From Amoebophrya sp. A120 (taxonomy: Eukaryota > Protista > Dinoflagellata): a stretch of 64,000 bases of DNA. The DNA lies in contig CAJINV010000005.1 of NCBI GenBank assembly GCA_905178155.1, positions 6,874,580 through 6,938,579 on the forward strand, given 5' to 3'. Positions within the stretch are counted from its first letter, which is position 1; every line of letters begins with the position of its first letter. The position numbers and the translations under genes are program-made. Below the pieces are notes generated by a model, which was not told the DNA's origin, did not search any database, and worked only from the letters and a program-made list of their open reading frames with translations. This document shows, piece by piece, positions 58,301-64,000 of this stretch.

Positions 58301-61073
58301 GTGATGCACACTGAATGAGAACTGAGTCTGAAACTGCTTTGCTTCTACCCGAAACAACTTTCGCTCTACCCATGAAATTAAAACATGCGTGTTTGTTCCA
58401 ACATTCAAAATGAAAATAGGACGCCCACACAGCTGCAGGGCCGTCGATAGGTGCGAAGCATTACAGCAGTGTCCGTAGTGCTGCCAGTAACGGTGTTCAG
58501 GTTCTTCTCCCTTCGAGAGGTCCATTAGTTGAAATCATCATACAGAATCAGTATCAGAATAAAGATCAACAGGAAGATGACTATCATAACCAAGAGCAAC
58601 GCGTTTCATCTTCCTTGAGTTTGAGTTTCCAGATGTAGTAGCCGGCGAGAGTCGTAATATGTATCTGAGTCACCATCTCGTTCTCGATGAGTGTCGAGCT
58701 TTTCGCTTTCCTTCGTCGTCTTCTGGTTTACATGGAGCATGTGAGATGTGACGTCGGTGGATGCACCAAAAATAAAGAAGCGTGTAGCTCAGGGGCAGCA
58801 AAGAGAGAAGCACTTTCTCCGTCTGTCTCGATCCAGTGTAGATCTAGGCCCACATCCGCTTTGATTTCGTGTCCGACCTCTTCTGCCAAAAAAAAACGTC
58901 CGTGAGGAGAGGACATGGTGACGCAGTCGTCCCGCAACTTCAAGAGGACATGTTGATGCAGCCGTCCCGCAACGCTTCGGAGCTCGTCGTCGTGAGGGGA
59001 AAAACTTTCAACGATAAGTACTACTTCGGGCAGCCGCTCTGCAGCATGGTCCTCCCGTAAAACCGTGATGCATTGCCGCCCATCGCAACGTCATCCGTTC
59101 TTATGTTTTGTTATTGCTGTTTTACTTTTAGTTTTAGTTTTACTTTAGCTTGAAGCTTTCATTATTGCAGGGCTGCTTGGTCTTATGCAACATAGTAAGT
59201 CTCAACTGTGCGCATGATCTTACTGATTTTAATTTCAATTTAGTATTGGTTCTGCATGACAGCCTTGTTATCTTGGTCGACTTCCCATTCTCCAAGCTGA
59301 GAAGTAAGATGTGTCTGCAAATCGCCCTGAGCTCGTATCAACAGCAATGGCAAAAGAGAACGATCGCGGTAGCGATGGGTGGCGTTTTTGTTTTTGATAC
59401 CCGTTCGCCCCACGGTCCCGCGTACTACACGAAAGTCGCGATCCCCTACAAGTCGCGGGCAAAACGCTTCAAGTCGGAGGACTACGAAAAGTGGGAGTTG
59501 CGGGAGGATGACACCCACTGGGAGATCTATCGCATCCTGCCTGCGATTGGCGAAAAGTGGGCCAGCGTCGAGCGCGTGGTGCGGGTTCTTCAGCTTCTAC
59601 TTTAACTTTAGTCTTTTGGTAAATAAATTGCGCGCGTACCTAGTGTTCCGGTTATGTTGAGGCACTTCTACATCTGGGAGCGTCCTCGACTCTTTCGTGT
59701 ACATCTCAGACCTACAATCAAAACCACCGCAATCATTGACACAGATTCCCAAGGCGGAGTGGCCGGGGACCCCGGATGGCTGGCTGCAGCCGCTGGTCGC
59801 CGTGGCCCCGACGAAGGCCCCGACGAAGCGGAAGGCGGACACACCCGTAGCCGGGCCCGCGCGACGACGACCCCGTCGCGACGTGCCTATCTGATGACCC
59901 GCAGCTGGTTGCTTCCGCAGTCTGTCGCGATTCTGCGTCAGCTATGTCGCGCATCGCCTAAAGAAGAACAAAGACAGATGGGCGTGACGGATATGAGAGG
60001 CGAAACAGGAGATGCTAATAGATCTAGATGTGCTTTTGGTTTTGCTTTTGCACAAGTACAAGCAGACGTAGAATAGGACGGCAGAAATTGAAATCATGAA
60101 AAAGGCAGTATGAAGAACAACAAACGTAGAACCAAGACCAACGAAATGGCTTCAGATAGAACATTGTTCAGAGTTTGTATCTTCTAGGCCCTAACCCAAA
60201 TCCAAACCTACGCTCCGGGGCCGCGCAAAAGTTCCTCCTACTTATGCCCGTTTTCCAACAATTCAACAAGCCACTGAGATGATAAAAATGATCAGCGTTG
60301 CAGCGTGTAGAGACAGGTTCGAAATGAGCTCGCAGCTGTTGAGGTCGTAGCTCAAAACGCACTGAGGCAAAGACAACGGAAGACAGGCCTTTTCATTATC
60401 AAGAAGAGCTCACCGCCCTACGGATCTGCTACAGAAAGCAAGAAGAAGAATGTTCCTAACCAAGTCGCTTCCATGGCAGTAAAAGCGTGTAGAAGGGCCA
60501 AAGTGATTCGCTGTCCCAGATCACCCGGCTGACCATCATCGATCAAAATCAACAACTGATCAGCTTTATGGTAGTCACTAAAGATAATTGAAATTCTGCG
60601 AGTATGCGTCTTTTCGTTGCGGGGGAGTGGGCATCCCAATGTACATCAACACCCACTTATTCGCTTGCGTTCAATTGTTAAAATCGGTAACCGGAATACC
60701 TAGCTAGAATAAACCAAACAGATTTGCAGGCGTTAAGAGCCGAGAGTCGGTTAGATACGAAGTTCGCAATTTGGATATCAATAGTAAAATCTAGCTATTT
60801 TTATAGCTATCGAAGTCCGGAATTAAGAGGTTTTGTCCGACCATAATCACAAGTTCTTGCAACCTTCCAGCCCAAGACATATTTGCACTTACATACAGTC
60901 CGGGCTACTCCAAAACGGTAGATGGGAGCGTGACGGGCAGCAGCGGAAAACAGCTGGTAGAGCGGATCAGGAACGAAAACGAGGTGGACTTTTTGAACGT
61001 GAAAAAAAAGGACTGGGAAGAGGAAAACGGAAAGCAACTACTTTTCCCAGAAATGCACTCGAAGCACCTTTGA
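37380..61073 (+). CDS. Hypothetical host gene whose last intron (40011-60895) holds the giant transposon
   Basis: Exons separated by introners at 37532-37757, 38114-38295, 38357-38563, 39120-39398, 39443-39721 and 39786-39941. The last junction reads ...VRGWNFSKVG|PGYSKTVDGSVTGSSGKQLVERIRNENEVDFLNVKKKDWEEENGKQLLFPEMHSKHL* in frame. Confidence 0.72.
40231..40882 (+). mobile_element. Poly(A)-tailed retroposon (SINE, truncated LINE or retrocopy)
   Basis: 20-bp TSD AAATTTCCTATAGAATCCAG at 40211-40230 and 40883-40902, with an A-run immediately before the second copy. Confidence 0.85.
42391..47331 (+). CDS. Large spliced hAT-superfamily-like DDE transposase
   Basis: Exon ~42391-44119, GT-AG intron, exon 44532-45266, introner 45267-45566, then exon from ~45572; both joins are in frame. 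Motifs in hAT order: ISPDAT (D), SSDSASDVKKA (D), CQLHLAHIV (CxxH), RTRWLS (RW), SSQIAESLNS (E). Confidence 0.75.
45267..45566. mobile_element. Degenerate introner inside the transposase gene
   Basis: tatgctttgcaaaag...agtatcgc / gcgatact...cttttgctcagcata, direct repeat TGGAT/GCGAT; removal gives TLCGS|LLRLDF in frame. Confidence 0.75.
47874..49247 (+). CDS. Element-encoded ORF with GTGAHA repeats and acidic tail; may be the last exon of the transposase
   Basis: 450-aa ORF; a phase-0 AG acceptor at 47873 is compatible with phase-0 GT donors near 47215 or 47263; 18-bp tandem unit gggcgcacacgcaggtac at ~48683-48770. Confidence 0.6.
   Translation, partial: CCWFSDAMSARYEDQPAKYAKKAGEKKEPQLRPVVQNGSTHLKFYHMDTSKRQRLWHMAPSTEYESEFYYQHRVNDLGVPDTENLRLGYKPAKTFPDHDRIVGKCTVMPWADICLSKNAEEENRELRKEKRLLRNARIDSPTRRSRDEKWGKVPQSIRMPEVAANGLGDRVYGIWQIEQKQWWGYLEKAVPFDRRNEVRPNGAQPAGAVPAAVGIQPPQPSGSGAHAGARAHAGAGGHVRVHTHAHAGDGRGRAPAGTGAGGQAQASAPAGAHAGTGAHAGTGAHAGTGAHAGTGAHAGAAARADTGAHADTGARERVGKQRAGADTRNAAQPGDEQQPSGSGNAGAQQQNGDEGEDQQQKNKKPCAARKKYFVAKTRQEFVRKMVEFENGKICEVERATPEQEVAASASLAQYQKENKVLEKKQKGEDIELDSDMESTYEETDDSSNFGSSSDDSD
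51088..55733 (+). CDS. Multi-exon cargo gene of unknown function
   Basis: GC-rich exons ~51088-51391, 51884-52134, 52305-52559, 52781-52911, 53130-53997, 54865-55278 and ~55534-55733, joined by phase-compatible GT-AG introns; the first exon boundaries are the least certain. Confidence 0.65.
54333..54680. repeat. Long alternating purine-pyrimidine tract
   Basis: About 350 bp of mixed GC/GT/AC/AT alternation (gcgtgtgtgcgcgcacac...) inside a cargo-gene intron. Confidence 0.9.
58869..59894 (+). CDS. Small multi-exon cargo gene of unknown function
   Basis: GC-rich coding-like islands at ~58900-59056, ~59345-59584 and ~59745-59894 with GT/AG borders; basic C-terminus KRK...RRRPRR. Confidence 0.45.
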
Positions 61074-61699
61074 TAGAAGAACGGACGAATTTTCGTTCGT
61101 GTGGAACAAACCATCATAGTTGTAGTTCTGGTTGTATCATACTTTTTACAACACGACGAATGGTGTATCTTCGATGTTCATGTTCTTCGACTTACTGCTG
61201 TGTGTTGGTTCTCTTCCTCCTCTTGTCGTGCACTCTTTCGTCACTTGTACGAACGACACAGACTTATTATACCCGCCCCGGTGCTTCTGGCAGCTGGCTC
61301 TACAGAGCGAGTACCAAAGACGTGACCGCGAAGAGTATCGTCCAAGCAGGGTCGACGTTTCTTGAGGTCATCTCGTAAACAAGGGGAGCGGTGAGAGGAG
61401 GATGCGCACCAGCACCAGCAGGAGGTAGCGGTCGAGACTTGCAGTAGTTGTATTTAACGTTCGTGAGTAATCTCAAAGTAGAAGCCTCAGCCTCAGGTCG
61501 TTGGGACATGGAGGTGCCATTGTAGCAAATAGTCGACGAACAAAGGAGCGACGAGGACTTTTTTTCGTTTACCAACTTGAGCAGGGAGGTCACCTGAGTC
61601 TGTCTCTGTTCTTGGAAGCTGGCGTTTTTAGTATAATAGCAAGCAGTAGTTTACAACTTACCACAGCCTACTTTTTTCTTTAGTTCTGAAGTACTCAAC

Positions 61700-64000
61700 A
61701 TGGGTTGCGGCGCCAGTCTTCCCACCTCCAGCAGCGTGAGCAGCCTGCCTACCGCGGCCGATTACCCAGATTGCCCTCCCCCGCCCATGCGGAGCCCCAC
61801 GGGGACAACAGCTACTGGTGGTACGCTGTTATCCTCCGGGAAAGGTGGTGGAGCTGTAGGAGATGTAGTTGCACATCAGCAGAAAAAGAGCAGCGGTGAC
61901 AACTCGGGACCAAAACTCCGCATTTTCAGCATCAACGATGTGTACAAGCTGGAGAATCTGGCGAAGTTTCAAACGCTGTTGAAGCTTCACAACTGCAAAT
62001 CAACACCGACCACCGTGGATTTGGTTACCCTGAACGGCGACTTGATTGGCGGGTCGCTACTGTTTATGCACTGCAAAAGTATCGTACTCGTAGTAATTGC
62101 ATTTATGCATAATTACAAGTCTCTTTCTCAAGGTAAATCAGCATGTCAAATTTAATTTGTAATGCTGAGCCAATTTGTAATGCAATCCAAACTAGTACGA
62201 TACTTTTGCACTTCATACTGTTCAACCTGGACAAGGGGAGATCAATCATCGACGTTTGCAATCATCTGCAAGTGGACTACATGTGCCTCGGCAACCACGA
62301 ATTCGACCACGGGTTGAAGGAGTTGGAAAACCGGGTGCTAGAATTCCAAGGGAAAGCGTGGTTGAACACGAACGTGCGGTGTAGCTCACCGGTATCCACC
62401 ACTGTAAATTTCCCGTACACGTACAAATGCGGTCTCGGCATGACAAAACTTGGCCTCGATCCTAGTTTAGCATGACAAGTTTTACCCTCCAAATTGGTGA
62501 AGTTTGTGATGCATCCTTACCCTCCAAATTGGTGAAGTGTTTGGGTGTGGTACGGGAAATTTGTATTGCATAGCCGGACGGAGAAAAAGGAGCGGTTTTG
62601 AACAGCATGCCGAGATACGACATTTTGGAAGTGGATGTACCACAGCCAGGACCTTCTACTTCTAGCAATCATGGCACCACTGCTGCAAAGAAATTTCGCA
62701 TCGGCCTGGTTGGCGTCTGCACGGCGGAATCCCCGAGTCTCTCCCTGCAGGACCCAACGAAGGAGGGGGTGGAATTTTTAGACCCCTTTGTGGAAACGCG
62801 AAAGATCCTCGACGGCGTTTTTTTCTGCAACCATCCGAGTAAGAAGCAGGTCGACGCTATGGGTGTGTGGTCAGGATCGAAATCGTCAAAGTTGAAATAA
62901 TTTGTAATGCAGAAATTGCAAGGCATGACGCGCCTGTCTTGCCGGGATGGCAAGTGAGGCCGATTGTGAGCCTGTTTAGGGTTTGAAATAGAGCTGCTAA
63001 AGTAGCATGACAAATTGGAAGATTCCGGTGCTCGGAAAATTTGTCATGCGCCGCTTGATAACTGGGTCGCCGATTGGCAACCATTTTATGCATGGCAAAT
63101 CGTTTGAACTTTGACGATTTCAATCCTGACGCATCCATAGACGCCGTTATTGCCATCACGCACCAAAGCAACGCGGACGACGAGAAGTTTCTAAAAGAGT
63201 TTCCAGAAATCAGCTGCGTCCTGGGCGGCCACGACCACATTCCGTGGCGGGTGTTTTGTGATGGTGGTGCAACTCCTGATAACGCCACCAGCAAGCGAAT
63301 CGCGGTGAAGGCGGGATTGGACTGCGAGGCCGTGGACATTGTGGAGTTTGAGTTTGGTTCCACCGGCTTGAATTTTTCCGGCCACACCTTCGTCTCACTC
63401 GTCGGGCCGGCTGCGGAAAATCTCCTCGATCCGGAAACGGGTGCGGTTCTGCGCCCGAAGTATTTTGACGACCCAGAGTTGCTGGAGAAAATCAAACAGC
63501 ACAAGAAAATCCTCTCTCTGAACGACTTCGCGATTCTGGATTGGCGCGATTACGATACCCTTTTGACCGAGGTGAACACTGCCGCGAAACACGAATCCGA
63601 TCCCTGGACGACCAAAAACATCCGCTCCAAACAGTGCAATTTCTACCATTTGATTGCGAAGTGGTGCAAGGAGGAACTTTGCGGACACTACCGAAACGAT
63701 ATGACAGTGCACAACTCGACGTCCCCCCGCTCATTTGTCATGCAAAAACCCAAATCCATTACCAGTTGCTAGTACCAGTACCTTGTGGCACCGCGTGCAT
63801 GACAAATTCCGGAAATCCAAACAGTACTACACTTTGCGCATGAACTTGTCATGCACAGGGTCCTCCTGTGCTGTTGTTCTTGTTTGTAATGGTGTTGATG
63901 CCATACATTACAAATGAGGGGGAAGGGCAGTTGAAGTTGTGCACTTTCATAAACGAGGCGGACGAAACCGGGAAACTGGCCTGGAGTAACTCCATCATGA
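61700..64000 (+). CDS. 5'-nucleotidase-like calcineurin-type metallophosphoesterase with N-terminal MGCGAS acylation motif; runs off the window
   Basis: SINDVY, LNGDLIGGS, LGNHEFDHG, AITHQ, LGGHDH; introners at 62065-62217, 62393-62572, 62858-63139 and 63700-63951. Confidence 0.9.

Larger units (their letters stand above)
40918..60845 (+). mobile_element. Giant (19.9 kb) hAT-like DNA transposon with cargo genes
   Basis: 65-bp TIRs at 40918-40982 and 60781-60845 (tatggWcggacaaaacct...ttaattccgga...atagctataaaaatagctagatttWactat); perfect 8-bp TSD ATCACAAG at 40910-40917 and 60846-60853; internal hAT-like transposase. Confidence 0.9.
40011..60895. mobile_element. Introner expanded to 20.9 kb by two nested insertions
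   Basis: Left end tatcaaccgcaaatatgtctgggtctggaag, right end cttccagcccaagacatatttgcacttacata, direct repeat CGGTC/CAGTC. Removing both inserts and one copy of each TSD leaves 277 bp, a normal family length. Confidence 0.88.

Noticed and set aside
40918-60845. Polinton/Maverick or endogenous virus interpretation, suggested by the ~20 kb size
   Set aside because: The TSD is 8 bp rather than 6, the TIRs are short, genes are spliced, and I saw no pPolB, retroviral-type integrase, ATPase or capsid motifs.

Overview
This is eukaryotic DNA with every recognisable gene on the + strand. Genes are broken up by about 50 short (130-330 bp) non-canonical introns with TAT...ATA ends, terminal inverted repeats (TIRs) and 5-bp flanking direct repeats. 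That architecture matches the introner elements described in the parasitic dinoflagellate Amoebophrya (Syndiniales); the organism call is an inference. Host genes are a large acidic hypothetical protein, a kinesin, a Tpt1/KptA tRNA 2'-phosphotransferase, a DHHC palmitoyltransferase, two more hypothetical proteins, an intronless nuclease/MepB-like ORF and a 5'-nucleotidase-type metallophosphoesterase. The main finding is a 19.9-kb DNA transposon (40918-60845) with 65-bp TIRs and a perfect 8-bp target-site duplication (TSD), ATCACAAG. It encodes a very large, spliced hAT-like DDE transposase and at least two multi-exon cargo genes. It sits, next to a poly(A) retroposon, inside one ~277-bp introner and expands it to a 20.9-kb non-canonical intron; the flanking exons still join in frame. 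Other nested elements are a Mutator-like foldback (9-bp TSD) inside an introner and a TA-flanked MITE. All motif and family calls were made by eye and no searches were run.
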